NCBI GenBank assembly: GCA_012295275.1
Contig: CM022667.1
Location: 12,214,001 to 12,278,000, forward strand
Direction: 5' to 3'
Length of the DNA stretch: 64,000 nucleotides
Source: Chrysomallon squamiferum
Lineage: Eukaryota; Animalia; Mollusca
Numbering within the stretch: the first letter of the stretch is position 1; every line of letters starts with the position of its first letter. Positions 28,496-43,400 of the stretch are shown here, one piece after another. The notes under the pieces were generated by a model. That model did not search any database, was not told where the DNA came from, and was given only the letters and a program-made list of their open reading frames with translations. A program made the translations under genes and the position numbers.

Positions 28496-29095
28496 GCTAC
28501 AGCTACTATTATTTCTATTACCACCACTACTACTATTGCTACCTTACAACTGTTACTATTATTATTACCACCACTGCTACTATTATTATTATTGCTACTA
28601 CTTTTTATCTCATACCACCAGTACCACCATCACTACTAACACCACTACTATTGCCACTTTTACTATCATTATTACAATTATTACTACTATGACTGTTTGT
28701 ACTTTTACTGCTAGTACTATTTTTCTATATCTACTATTACTATTCCTACTACTACTATTACTGTTTACTTACTACTATAACTACTATTATTATTATAACA
28801 ACTATCACCACTATTACAACTACTATTGTTACTACTACTGTTAGAACTACTTCCTTACAACTACTATAGCTATTACTACTAATACTATAACTACTACTGT
28901 TACAATTATTATTACTATTGCTATGACAACAAGTTTTGCTACTGATATTAGCACTAAGTATTACTACTGTGACAATTACTGCTACTACCACTATTTAAAT
29001 TTCTTAAGATGTTATTATCACAAATAAGTACTGCAGCTACAACATTACTACAACAACAACAACGTCTATCACTACTACTACTGCTCCTACTACCG
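28455..29095. repeat. degenerate (ACT)n/(ACC)n/(ATT)n low-complexity block
   Basis: Direct reading; explains the 210-aa pseudo-ORF at 28212-28844. Confidence 0.9.
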
Positions 29096-29593
29096 CATTA
29101 TAGTTTTGCATTATACTGACCAAACCGGATTTCTCCGTCAACGCAATGTCTGTTTACAGGATGTGTAGGTCACAAAGTCTGTATCTTTACAACTTGTCAA
29201 ACATCACTGTTTATTTCATTGCTTTAATGTCACGTGGTGATTAATTCCGCGACAAGTGAAAGATTTTAAACATTTCTTTAGATGTTTTCCTCGTGATAGA
29301 GAAATCTGGATGGGAGGGTGGGTGGGAAGGCTGGAGTTTTAAAAGACGGACCACCAGTGATCTGAATACCGTGTTATCTTGCATCGCTGGCTTCTGGTTT
29401 ATATATAAATGTTTGGTGGGTTTTTTTTATTTGTTTTTGTTTTTTTCAAATATCTCGTTCGTAGTTCGGTTTATATCGGAGTAAGTGAAATTTATTCACA
29501 CCTTTTTTTTTTTAATCAAAAAAAGAAAATGAAGACGAAGAAGATGATGAAGAAGAAGAAGAAGAATGAAGAGAAGAAAAACAAGACTAAGAC

Positions 29594-29625
<32 letters not shown>

Positions 29626-30869
29626 CGAACATAAACAACAGTCATAAAACGTAATGACAGAAAGGAAACACTATTTTATTTTTTAAAAAACAAAACAAAA
29701 AACAAACAACACTACCGACTTTAAAGCAAGAAAAGAAACACAATACTTAACCTAAGTCAAAAAAAAAAACAAATAAAAATAATGAAAATAAACAGAAACA
29801 AATAAAGATAAAGAACTGATATCAATGCTATCACTGCGCACGTCTTTTATTAGTACAGTTTCTTCAGCCTGCCTCTCTCAATATACAATTTAAACAATGG
29901 AGAATTCATAATTTCACCAAAAACAAAAAATGGACTTCATCTTTGTGGCGCTTATATATCATTCTAGACAAAAAAACGAGTTTCATAGAATAGCAAAAAC
30001 GACATGGGACAAAAAAAAAAAAACCATCAAAGGGATGGATGGATGTTCATCAAATACATCCTCTCTTCTCCTCCTCTTTAGGATTATCGCAGTTCCTTCC
30101 TGCAGATAGGTCCGTCCTATTTTTCCTCATTCTCGTTACGATCCTGCCAAATCGTTTTATTTGGTTTCGCTTTTTATCAATCACGCCATCTCCGAAGCTT
30201 TCTTACGAAAACCATGTTGTACAAACTGCCTCCGCTGCCAAAGACCACCACTGATGAACCGTAAATAAAAGCGCAAGCGAAAAAAAAAAAGGGGCAAATT
30301 TAGTTGGTGTCGTGTTTTATATCAAAACGAGCGCTGACTTTGATGTCTGACGCGCGTTGAGCGACCGTGTGTAGATGGGCCAGCGGTTATCAGAGATTAG
30401 GGGAGGTAATTCCTGTGTTTTACATACCGCCAAAACGACTCTTCTGCTGCTGCTACTACTAATAATAATGTCCAAGGATGATTTTTCGCTTTCCTGATAG
30501 AAGATTAGGTTTATAGTTAGCAAGACTGCTGATTATTTTTTATTTTCCTTTTTTTTATTTTTTTTTTTTTTTTTCGTATCTTTTTATTTTCCGCTGTGTG
30601 TGTGGGACTGTTTAAGACATCGCTTAAAAGCCGGACCAGCTGTTTTTACACACACACACACACACGCAGGCACACACACGCACGCACACACACACGCATA
30701 TACATACACACACAGATAGATAAACACACATACGCATACATATGGAACCCATAGATATACACAAACACACATACACACACAATCATACACAGACACACAC
30801 ACACAAACACATACAAACACAAAATCTTAGATGTACCCATACATACCTAGATCTAGACTAATACAAACC

Positions 30870-30912
<43 letters not shown>

Positions 30913-31561
30913 ACACACACAGACACACACACACACACACACTTAAACATACATACATGCATGTGTGTATGTAATCCTACATAATTTTCACATTTATTGT
31001 TATTAGACATTATGGTGCAGTAAACAGAAATACAAACAGATCAAATCTGTTTTAACACAGTACTGATCTCATGTACTCCCGGCCACGTTTTTTTTCCACT
31101 TGCTATACATTTTACCTGTAATCTGCAATATTTCATCTGTGACAAGCTGAATGTTATCGAAATTCCTGTCTATTCAAAATTAATCATTCTTCTCTATGTT
31201 AACGGTTTTGAGTGTGCGTTATTTTTCTTCTTCTTCTTTTTTATTTTTTATGTTTTTGGTTGTTGTTGTTTTTTTTTTACTGTTAATTTTAATTTATTTA
31301 TTCCTCCCCCTTCAACTTATTTTCTTTATTTATTACTATCTTTTTTTTTCTCTAAATATGAAACCACTTGTGTGGTATTTTAAAGCTTGTTTGCGTATAT
31401 CGCCTGATAATCAAGTTTGTTGTAGATTAATGATACAGTTTCTGTCTAACAAGCCGGGATCAGTCCTCTTCAGTGAGTACCAGACGTGTAAGCTTCGGAA
31501 TTCATTTCTGTGGTAAGACTGGCATACAGTTTTGTTTTCTACATCAGTCAAAACCGATCTT

Positions 31562-31569
31562 TACATACA

Positions 31570-31600
<31 letters not shown>

Positions 31601-31980
31601 CATACATACATACATACATACATACACACATACATACATGCACACAGACATACACACACACACATATATACATACGTACATACACAAACACACACATACA
31701 TACACACATACATACATACATAATGCGCACATACGCACACATACATAGATATATACATACATATTTATAATATTTATAATGTATACATACATACACAAAC
31801 ATACACATAGTCGTAGACTGATAGATAGATAGACAGACAGTCAGACAGACAGACAGATATAAAGGTAGACAGATAGATAGATAGACAGACAGTAAGACAG
31901 ACAGACAGATATAAAGGTAGACTGATAGATAGACAGACAGTGAGACAGACAGGCAGATATAAAGATAGACAGATAGGTAG
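31562..31980. repeat. (TACA)n followed by a GATA/GACA higher-order repeat of about 48-52 bp
   Basis: Landmark GATATAAAG recurs at 31856, 31908, 31956. Confidence 0.9.
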
Positions 31981-32336
31981 ATTGTTATATTTTAAACAGA
32001 CAGACAATGGTGTTTCTGTTTATAGTGAATATTCTGTCAAAACATTTTAATCCCATCACCTTTTAGTTACTGTTTGCTCTGCATACAATAATTACTGTTA
32101 CAATTAGTAGTAAATATTTTTTGTTTTTAACAGAATTATTATTATTGTTGTTGTTGTTGTTCTTGCTGTTTTTCTTTTTCGACGTCTTCATTTTCTTTTT
32201 CGTCTTGTCTTTTTTTATTTTATATCTTTATACTGTCCCTTCTTCACATATTTCTCCTTCCTTCTTCTTTCTGCTTCTGTTTTCTTTTTCATTTTATCTT
32301 TTCTTTTCTTCTTTTACTTCATACTTTTTATTTATT

Positions 32337-32377
<41 letters not shown>

Positions 32378-32455
32378 CTTCTTTTTCTTCTCTTTTGTAT
32401 ATCTAACTTACATGAACACCAAAGAGGGAATATCTTAAGATTGTTTTTTGTTTTT

Positions 32456-32488
<33 letters not shown>

Positions 32489-33152
32489 CTTTTGCAATCA
32501 GCAAAAATTCTCAGATGATGGATGATGGCTATCTGGGGGGAAGACGATCGTTGACGGAAATCGTCTGCTTCTGTCTTCCCGCCACATCTTGAGTCCGTGC
32601 TCCACGTGAGCGAGAAGCAGACGATTTTAAGTAGTACCAGCGATTAAAAAGAGAACTCGAACATTGATTAGGACAGGTTGTTACCATGTAGATCTTGGTA
32701 AGAAAAATGAACGCAAATATGATTTTTTTTTTTTTTCTAGACTTTGTGGGTTTGTAGGTTTTACATTTGTTAGTGCTGGAAATCAGTAATTTGGAAGTGT
32801 GCAAACATTTGATTATCTTGTATGTATGTGTGTGTGTATGTATTCATGTAGAGAGCACTTCTAAATAAAATAATCGTCACAGGTTTTTTTCTTATTATTC
32901 TTGTTGTCATAGTAGTAGTAATACTAGTAGTAACAGCAGTAGTTATAGTATTAGTAGTAATAGCTATTGTAATAGAGGGAATTAGTTCTGACAGTACTAG
33001 TAGTAGTACTAGTAAGTTCTATTTATGTATGTATATATGTATTATGTATGTATGTATGTATGTATGTATGTATGTATGTATGTATTGCTATTGTTATTGT
33101 TTTTTTTTTTTTTTTTAGTAGTAGTAGTAGTAGTATTGTTCTAAGTTCGTTT

Positions 33153-33449
33153 CCTATAGATATATTTCACCAAATTCTGCTCTTACAGATATATTTTTTC
33201 CAAATTCTGCTCCTACAGATATATTTTTCAAAATTCTTCTCCTACAGATATATTTTTCAAAATTCTGCTCCTACAGATATATTTTTCAAAATTCTGCTCC
33301 TACAGATATATTTTTCAAAATTCTTCTCCTACAGATATATTTTTTTCAAAATTCTGCTGCTACAGATATATTTTTCCAAAATTCTGCTCCTACAGATATA
33401 TTTTACCAAAATTCTGCTCCTAGACATATATTTTTTCAAAATTCTTGCT
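33153..33449 (+). repeat. 29-31-bp minisatellite, 10 copies (CCTACAGATATATTTTTCAAAATTCTGCT)
   Basis: Units start at 33153, 33182, 33212, 33241, 33270, 33299, 33328, 33359, 33389, 33419. Confidence 0.97.
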
Positions 33450-34018
33450 CTAGCGTTCCTCCCTGTTTCGCGTCCAGGTTCCGCCCCTGCATTCCGTCCC
33501 CTTTCATTTTGCAGGTCCCGCCCCTCAGCGAGCTTGAAACCTTCCGTCGAGCGAACTACAGCGCATTAAAAACGTCATGAATCAAGACCCGAGTTAAAAA
33601 CGAGATAATTGCCAACCTCTTTACCTGTACCAGATCGACCCCGTCTTGAAAACCACAGTCATTAGAAAGCACTTCCCCGCGCTCGGCTCGACTCGACTCG
33701 ATTGTTTAGAGTGGTTCAGATTGCGTGCGTGCCGACATGGTTAAGACAAATGGATGTTGTTATTACGACGTTTACCTCTGTCGCTGTTAATCTCTCCCTG
33801 CAAGACGTGTTATTTTGCAGTCACAGGATTTTTGAAAAAAAGAAGAAAAAAAACAACGTAAGAAGAGCGGGAGATTGCGCTCTCCTAGGCGTCACAGCTG
33901 AGAATATTTAACTGACAGATATACAGTCGTATGTGTAAAAAATGTTTTATAAACATACGTACGTACATACATCTACATACATACATACATTATATACATA
34001 CATACATACATACATTAT

Positions 34019-34049
<31 letters not shown>

Positions 34050-34747
34050 CACACATACAATTATATACATATACACATACATACATACATATATATATAT
34101 ACACACACACACATACACAGACATATATATATGATATATACATACATACACACACAAATGTATATACAGATAGATAGATAGATTTAGATATATGTATTTA
34201 TGTGTGTGTGCGTGTGTATATATGTGTATCTGTATGTGTGTTTTTACATATATGTGGGTGTATGTGTGTTTGTATTTATGTGTATGTGTGTATGTATTAT
34301 GTATGTATGTATGTATGTATGTGTATGTATATGTACATGTATGTATGTATCTATGTATTATTTATGAATGCTAGACGTATGTTATTTGCATTTTATAAAA
34401 ATAATTTATAGTTTCTGTTAAATTAATTAATTCGATATCCAGAGGTTTAAGAGAAAAAAAAAAAAAAACTAACTAATATATTACTTGTATTGTAAGGAAT
34501 TTCATGACAATATTTTAAATAAATTTGCTTTGTCTTTTTTCTTCTTCTTTTCCTCTTTTTTTTCTTCTTTTGTACGTTTCTTGTATTTCCGCTTTGTCAG
34601 TTCTGTATCTATCTCCTTTTTTTATTTATCTTAACTTTTTCCTTTGTTCGTCTTCTTTATCGCATTTTCTTTCTTTCTTTTTCTTTCTTTTTCTTCTTCT
34701 TTTTTTAATATTAATTTATTTATTTACTTATTTATTTACTTACTTGC

Positions 34748-34791
<44 letters not shown>

Positions 34792-35443
34792 TTATTTTGT
34801 TATTTTAGTTTCAATTTATTTATTTCATTTTTAACTTATTTTATTTTATCACGATCACATTTTTTTTTTTTTATTATCATTATTTTTTAATTTTCTGACA
34901 AACTGCGTGGTTCTAAACTTTAAATAACAAGAATATTTCCTTACTTACAAACAAGCCAATATTTTATATTTTTTTTTTTTTTTTTTTTTTTCATATTTAC
35001 TCGAGTCAGAGTGCATTTTGCTACATCCACAGTTCACAAACCAAAATAGATCTCTTTGCTTTACACGTCTTTTCTTTCGTGCATTGCAAAACTTTTATCT
35101 TTCTCGAACCGTAAACGATACCGTTATCTCAATCATACGACCGAACATGCAGATATGAAAACATTCTGTAACAATGATTTAGTTTTTATCGGCAAAGAAT
35201 TTCCCTCCTGTTTATGTTCTTCTTTTTTTTCTTCTTCTTCTTCTTCATCTTTTTTTATTTTTTTTTTTTTTTTTTTATTTAAAAAAGACCCAGCTAGGTA
35301 GAGATAAGCCTGTCGCTTTTCCTTATCTCTGAAAATACGTAGGATATTAATTTTCGTTTCTCAAATTAGGAACCGCAAAATTCAATTGCTATAATAATAC
35401 TGAATTTTTCGCCTAGGAATTTTTTTATAATGTGTTCTTCTGC

Positions 35444-35500
35444 ATAACAGCTGTTCATTTATTCGAAATAACGTGTTCATTTTCTCGAAATAACGTGTTT
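35444..35500 (+). repeat. about 22-bp tandem repeat x2.5 (ATAACGTGTTCATTTTCTCGAA)
   Basis: Direct reading. Confidence 0.8.
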
Positions 35501-35678
35501 ATTATTTAAAGGTGTGAAACTAACAAAAAAATATTTGAGAGCCCAATTAATTGTTTCACAATAGAGCGAGGCCCGAGTGGACAAAGAGAGACAACTCCAA
35601 TTAAGCTTTGCTTATTGTTTCGTTATCTTATTAAAAACATCAGCACTGTTAAAAGAAATCATTAATCAAGTTCATTGA

Positions 35679-35720
<42 letters not shown>

Positions 35721-36127
35721 GAAGAAGAAGACGAAGAAGAAGAAGAAGAATTTACAGAGGTTTTAGAATTTTGGTTATTTATTAATTTATTTATTTTGTT
35801 TTAGTTAATTATAGTTTGTACAGATATTGCTGCTATTCGTGTGTTGTTTTGTGCCAAGTAATTTACAAGTGTATACTAAGCTAAAAGATAATAAGAAACT
35901 TCACCAAAATCAATTTATTTCAAAAATAATATTTTTGATATTAAATTGTAAGTAAATATTTGTGTTTGTGTGAATGTATGTTTGTTACTGGTATATATGT
36001 ATGTACGTACGTATGTGTGTATGTATGTATATTGTATGTTTGTGTGTGTGTGTGTGTATATCTGTATATAAATAGTTTGCGTGAACTTTATTATTATTGT
36101 TTAACATTTTATATGAAACAATAATAT

Positions 36128-36175
36128 AGATATATGGATAGATAGACAGACAGACAGACAGACAGATAGACAGAC

Positions 36176-36263
<88 letters not shown>

Positions 36264-36348
36264 GGTTAGATAGTCAGATAGATAGATAGATAGATAGATG
36301 GTTAGATAGTCAGATAGATAGATAGATAAGATAGATAAGATAGACAGA
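36128..36348. repeat. (GACA)n(GATA)n tetranucleotide array
   Basis: Direct reading; the internal interruption GATGGTTAGATAGTCA is duplicated. Confidence 0.97.
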
Positions 36349-36976
36349 TTATTGTTAAATAATTTTTCTCTATTTATTATTCAGAGGTCACATTCAGTGC
36401 ATTTTCTGTCTGCGATCTTTTACCTTACATACTTATCTCTGGCTTTAATCTTCGTGTCTGTCACTGTGTCTGTCTGCATGTTCATCTGTCCGTCTAATTA
36501 CTGTTTTCTGAAGTTCAATACGCTGTTTTATTTCAGACAGATTAATGGAAGCGAAACAGACAGTGTAGTCGACATATTAATAACGGCAGAGTTAATCTCC
36601 AGCAACCATTAGCGTTATCCCATTTCCAAATGACAATTATATACACAGTAAAGAGAAAAAAAGAAAAAAAAAACAGAAATGAAAAAAAGAACATAATAAA
36701 ATTACTGAAAGCTACAACATGCAATACACTGGATCGTTACACATAATTAGAGGAATATATTTACCTAAAGTGAAACGAAATAGACAACTTGTTTATTTCA
36801 CCTATTCCTAACGGTGATATTACTTTCTTAATTTATACCTCTACGGGATGTAATATTTCGTGGGGTTTTTTTTGTTTTTGTTTTAAAAAAGTAGTTTTAA
36901 AACATTAAAAAAAATAAAAATAATAAAATGATCATTAATGCATACTGCAGACTTATTGTCATGTCTCCGACCAGGG

Positions 36977-37013
<37 letters not shown>

Positions 37014-37069
37014 ATAATAATAATAATGTCAGCTTTTAGTGTATGTATGGTTTGTTAAAACAATCGATT

Positions 37070-37500
37070 AATCATGCGCAATATCAAATTATTTTATGAC
37101 GAAGCGGACATTGAAATTGACACGTAATTGCGGCATACACGAGCGACCGTGTCTGACATCGGCTCCCTGTGAAATATACATGGGTATAAACCCGATCGAT
37201 AACGGTCCAATCCTTTCTTCCTAATTAGCCAAACAGGGTCGTTTTATTCCACAGCGGCCGATCTCCATTTGCAAATCGACCGAGGGACGCGCGTGGTCTA
37301 TTGTTTTAAGCTATCCCCCTGCGATAATAGGTGAAATATTGGATTAAAATCAAAGAGAAAATGTTTGTAGCACGCCGGAGAACGGGGAGAGGCGTGACAA
37401 AGACCAGACAGGCTTGATATGGGACCTAATCTGATTATCTTCTGTCTGGCTTGTTTTAAGCGTGGTCACTGGTGTTCACTTTCGTCGCAATTGTTAGGCT
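37070..37500. promoter_or_regulatory. CpG-retaining island, putative enhancer
   Basis: Unique sequence with TAATTA, GGATTA, TGACA, ATTTGCA and GATAA motifs between poly-A and poly-T tracts. Confidence 0.38.
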
Positions 37501-37503
37501 CGG

Positions 37504-37537
<34 letters not shown>

Positions 37538-37949
37538 CCGCGGGATAGATTGAAAAGTAGAAAATAAATATAAAGAGATTATGTCAGTGAATTATGACTG
37601 CGGTGTGTAAGTAAAAATTGTGGTGTGTTGCGGGTAATCAGAGTGATATTATTTTTTTTTTTTTTTTTAATTTCTATCTGTAATGTGTTTTGTTTTATTT
37701 ATTCACAAAATCGAATTATTTACTTTTTCAATTTCTTATACGTACGTGCACGCATATATGTATATAAAGAGACAGAGAGATAAACAGAGAGAGAGAAAGA
37801 CAGAAAAAAGAGAGATATGTTAACAAAGAGTCGGAGACGCATAGCTTCTACTATTACTACTACTATAGGTAGTAGTAGTAGTAGTAGTAGTCTACATCTA
37901 CTACTATTATTACTGCTAAAACTAACCTTAATAATACTGCTACTACTTG

Positions 37950-38001
<52 letters not shown>

Positions 38002-38561
38002 CGTTACCAGCATCATCATCATAATAATATAATGTACCATTATCCAGACTCAGTCTTGATACCATCACACGGCGTAGATCCATTCTCCCGTTGACTTTCT
38101 TTTCTACTTCTTCAGAAATTTTTAGTTCAATTTGTTTTCTCAAAACGCTAAGCACGTGTAAAAAAAAAAAAAAAAATTAATCCAATTACTCGCCACGTGG
38201 TTTATACGGAAAGCCATTAGTGTCAGCAGCGAACCTGTGTGTGTAAAAACAGACTGACATCGCTTTTAAAGTCGTCTCCGCTTTAATGTATGTAAACACG
38301 AAAGTAACAGACAATTCGCGTCAGGCGAAGTGGTCTCTGTGCGGAGGTTCTCGTTCGTTCAGTCGTTCACTCACTCAGTCAGTCAGTTTGTTTGTTTGAC
38401 AGAATCCAAAGTTAGTTTTCTCTCCTGTTAGAGAAAGTCGTTTGAAGTTAAAACTTTACACGTTCGTCACAAAAGTAAAAAAAAAAAAAATGATATGAGT
38501 TCGTTTAGGTGTGTATTAAAGCTGTCAGCAAAAAAAAAAACGAACAATAATAATAATGATG

Positions 38562-38595
<34 letters not shown>

Positions 38596-38662
38596 TAATA
38601 ATAACGAGTAAAGTTTGTTTTGTGCACTTTTGCTTTTTTTTTTTTTTTTTTTTTTTTTTGTG

Positions 38663-38746
<84 letters not shown>

Positions 38747-38944
38747 CATATATCTACATCTATAGATAGACAGATAGAGATAAAATATATAGATATAGAT
38801 TTATAGATAGATTACAGATATATATCTTTCTTTAACCATCTTACTCTCTGTTTATCTATCTGCCTCAATCTGTCTTTCTCTATGCCTCTCTTTTTCTCTT
38901 TATTCATCTGCTCTATCTCTCTTTTTCTCTTTCTATCCATCTGC

Positions 38945-39009
<65 letters not shown>

Positions 39010-39489
39010 ACTCACTCTCTCTCTCTCTGTGTGTGTCTCTCTCGTTCTCTCTGAATGGTCTGTATATGTGATATATTGCCAGTTCAAAACATTAATAACT
39101 TACGTTATCCCTCAACTCCAGTTAGAGAGAGAAAAACCAAATTTACGAAAATTAATAGCTGTTTGTTTGAAAACACTCGTCTTCTGCTATCTGGTTACTG
39201 CGCTTTAATATGTTATGCAAATACGTCAGATGATTTAATGGCCAATATTGTAAGCGACTTTATTATTAATAATCTATTAAAATGATCACTGAAAAAGTGT
39301 TTGACAGATGTTTATATAAATTATTGTCATTGGGTATTGCGCGGTTGTTGTGGAAGACTTTCTGTTGATTTCTCGGTCCTCGAATTCTTTAGACCGTTTG
39401 TCATTTCATTGTTATTACTGTGTGGTATTCTTCCGTGGTTTGGTTTTATTTATTTATTTATTTACTTATTTATTTATTTATTTATTTAC

Positions 39490-39524
<35 letters not shown>

Positions 39525-39796
39525 CTTACTTATTTATTTATTCATTTATTCATTCATTTTTTAATTAATATTTTATTTATTTAGTCATTCATTCATTCAT
39601 TCATTCATTGGTAAAATATTATTCTAAAAGTCCATGAACTTTCCTATTAATGTTTAGTTTTACAAAATAATGATAAATATTCATTATCTTAATATTTATT
39701 TTATTAACGTAGTCCTGAAGCATGTTTAATAAAAAAAAACAAATAAAAATAAAAATAGATACATAGAAATAGTTAAACAACAGAGAGGAACAATAA

Positions 39797-39981
<185 letters not shown>

Positions 39982-40436
39982 CTAAAGTGATATTTTTGAA
40001 TATATTACAATTCAGACAGTCAAAACTACATCAAAATCATTTCCATTAAAAATACAACACTAAATGTATTCAGTTTACTTTTTTTTTTTTTTTTTCCAAA
40101 TCCTAATCCGCTCATTTTTTATATGATTATTATCAAATTAGAGGTGTGCCTGCGGGCGACAGGTGGGAACGTACGCAGATTTGATTCCCCGTGTGTAGAA
40201 TGTCATAATGATTTCTCCCTGTCTGTCTGTGCGTCTGTTTGTCCGCGGGGCAGTCAGTCGCGAAGCTGTGTTTGCTATCTTGGTTCCATTGTTCAGTCGA
40301 ACGTTGTGCAGGCGCGCGCAGGCGGATGTAGGGTGCGAGGCGCGCGCACCGTCGAGGCGCCATCTGTGACAGGAACTATGTATCTTAGCGGAAACTAACC
40401 AGTTACCGTGTAGGACGGTTAACGTTCGCACTGCTT

Positions 40437-40476
<40 letters not shown>

Positions 40477-43400
40477 TTGTGTGTATTTATATGGTTGGGT
40501 GTCTGTGTGTGTGTACGTGCGTGTGTGTGTGTGTGCGTGTGCATGAGTAGGGAACATTACAACACGGAAAACACAAAATACTTAAACTGTCTTGCTTGAA
40601 ACTCTAATGATTTAATAATAATGTTCTCGTGGGCGGTTTTTAACCAGCAAGGTTAAAAAACAGTAACAAGACCTGAAACACAATTCAGTTATTTGGTAAC
40701 GTTATAAAAGCGCAGATTTACTGTGTTAATTTTCTATAACATGCCAACTATATCTAGTACACGTAACCCCAAAAGGTCACGAACCCGACCGCCAATAAAT
40801 GCTTTGCTTTATAGCAGTGTCATCATTCTGGAAACATCCCCAGTAAAAACGTATTAGTAAACGTAATAAATATTTTTGTTAAGGTGTAAGATATTCGTTT
40901 ATTTTTAAATATATCATCTCGACCGCAAAGTACCCAAAATGGCAAGCCGCAGTGTAGACGCTTAGAGAATTATAAACAGAATATTCAAGTGCTCGTTAAT
41001 CAACGCCTACTTGTAAACAGTTTGTATCAGTACGCAGATATTCACTGAGGTAAAGTACAGATAATTCATACTGCTAGACATATATACAGCAATATATATA
41101 CATACATATATATATATATGTTCACACACGACCACACATTAGTGACACATGCTCGTACACAAACACATATAATCATATATCGTTAACACGTTTAATTATG
41201 TCATGCACATACAGACAAATAAATATATAGCCAAACATCTCTCATACATATATATGATACGCACGCACACATAAACACACACTAACATACATCCTTAACA
41301 CATATGGCACGCAACCACACACACACATACACATATCCACATACACATATACACACACACATTTCTCAATCCACATACATATTAACATATAAAGGCATTA
41401 AACAATTGTGCAGTTTCAATTTACGTCCGAACCTCTTCCCTATCTGATCCATCAACCCCACCTGGCACAAGCTCCTGGGACCGCCCCTTCATTAGCGCGG
41501 AATGATTTGTGTGAAATTCGAATTTCCTCTATTACAAGCCAGGTTTGTGTTGAATTATGTGATCACTTTGTCACTGTCACGTACTTCGCTTATTAAACAC
41601 AACAGAGGGAGAGAGAGAGAGAGACGTGAATTACGATGTAAATATCATTCAGATGATGTACTGATAGATTTTTTTTTTATCAGCGACTGTGTGGAGTGCA
41701 CGTGTCTCGAGAGAAGTTTAGGATGTCGTTTGTTTGTGTGTTTGTTTTTTAATTTCTTTATTTCGTGTATTTAACTGGCTGTTTCTGTTATTGCCCTTTT
41801 TTTTCATTTTTCTTTGTTTTTTTAATAAATATATTTCGTTTGTGAGTTGGGTTTTTTTTCTTTGTTTCTTTTTTGTTTCGTTATTATTTTATTTTTGTCT
41901 TATTTATTTGTTTGTTTGTTTGTTTCGAAATAAAAAAAAAGAAAATTAAAAAAAACGAAATTTTATCTATTTCACAAATCTATATCAATTTGTCTTAAAG
42001 ATTCCAAAGTTAAACGTATCCAGGGGATCTTATTATATATTTTCTTCAAAATGACATTATTATTATTTTTTTTTATCATGACTGTGTCCCCACTTTACTA
42101 AATTCTGGATCCAACCCACCCCAAATGCATTAACTAAGCTGAAGTGACGGCATAAATAATAAACTTGAAACTTTATCATAAATAACAATAACGAATGTTA
42201 TTCTTATGTTCATCACTCCTTTTCAGACAGGAGCACCAACCATAAAACAATCAACCGGTGTCAACGCGAACTTGTCTGTGTGTATAAACAAGACATTTTC
42301 GCTTCGGGTTTTGGACTTAACCGCCCAGTTTAAGCAAAATAACTATTGTACAACAGCTACAAGCTCGAGGCTATCTCTCTCACCTGTACAGGTGTTGGTG
42401 TCATAATCTACTCTGATGACCAAATGGATTATAACAAATATCAGTCCAAATGGTCAGGCGGCCTGAGGCAAGGAAGTGTCTTGTACGCATGACAGGAACT
42501 GGATGTACACATGTCGGACAGATGATTAGCTGCTTTTTAAACGTTGCGTAACTTCAAATTATCCTAAAAAAAAAAAATTCTTTTTTGAGACGTAAAGATG
42601 ATCTTGACTACTGAATGCTCAAAAATGGACGTAATTATTTTGTATTTTGGAGGTGGACTTGTTGCATAATGGAGACATCTGCTTTAACTGTATGTTAAGA
42701 TTTTATTGTTCTTTTTTTTCTCTCTGTATAATGTTAGCGATGGTGATTAGTTATGTTGTATATTAGTTCTGATGTCTGTATGTGTGTATGTCTGTCATAG
42801 TGCCATGTAACGTTATCTAATAAGTTGTTTTAGTTTTTCTGTTTATTATGATTGTTTGTTAGTTTGTTTTCTCTGTATTCTTCTCTCTCTCTGTGTCTCT
42901 CTCTCTCTCTCTCTGTCTCTCTCTTTCTTTCTCTCTGGCTCTCTCTGTTATATGTTTATTGCTTGATTTTTTTTTGTTGTTGTTGTTGCTTTTAGTTTAA
43001 GGGATGTTAATTAATTCTTATTATTTTATTACTCAGTATTTTCCTTTTTTTCTTTTTTTTCTTCTCCTTCTTCTTCAACATCATCTTCTTCAGACCACTA
43101 ACATTATTTGTGTGCAACGTCATCTAACCATATTTTAGAATAACTGCGCTTCAAGTGTACGTTCTTCAAGCGACAAATAAAACTTTACATCAACTGACGC
43201 AGAACCCATGTTTTTGCAACATGTGTAACTGTGACCCTATATTTCTTCAGATAAATACGGTAACCAAGATACACAACGATAAGATAAGGTCTCATTCATT
43301 TATTTGAAATATATTATATGTACAGCATCGGGATGTGTACATTAACACAAATAAAACGTTATCACAAGTAAATGATAACTTCATGTTACCTTCAAACATA

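Noticed and set aside
33048-33569. 173-aa repetitive ORF (KILLLQIYF repeats)
   Set aside because: Translation of a 29-31-bp minisatellite whose unit lengths do not preserve frame.
35583-35603. Reverse-strand resemblance to miR-281
   Set aside because: Seed mismatch and no precursor hairpin; better explained by the GAGACAACTCC motif.
42206-42406. Possible coding exon after acceptor-like TTTTCAG
   Set aside because: No recognisable protein in any frame and no supporting partner exons.
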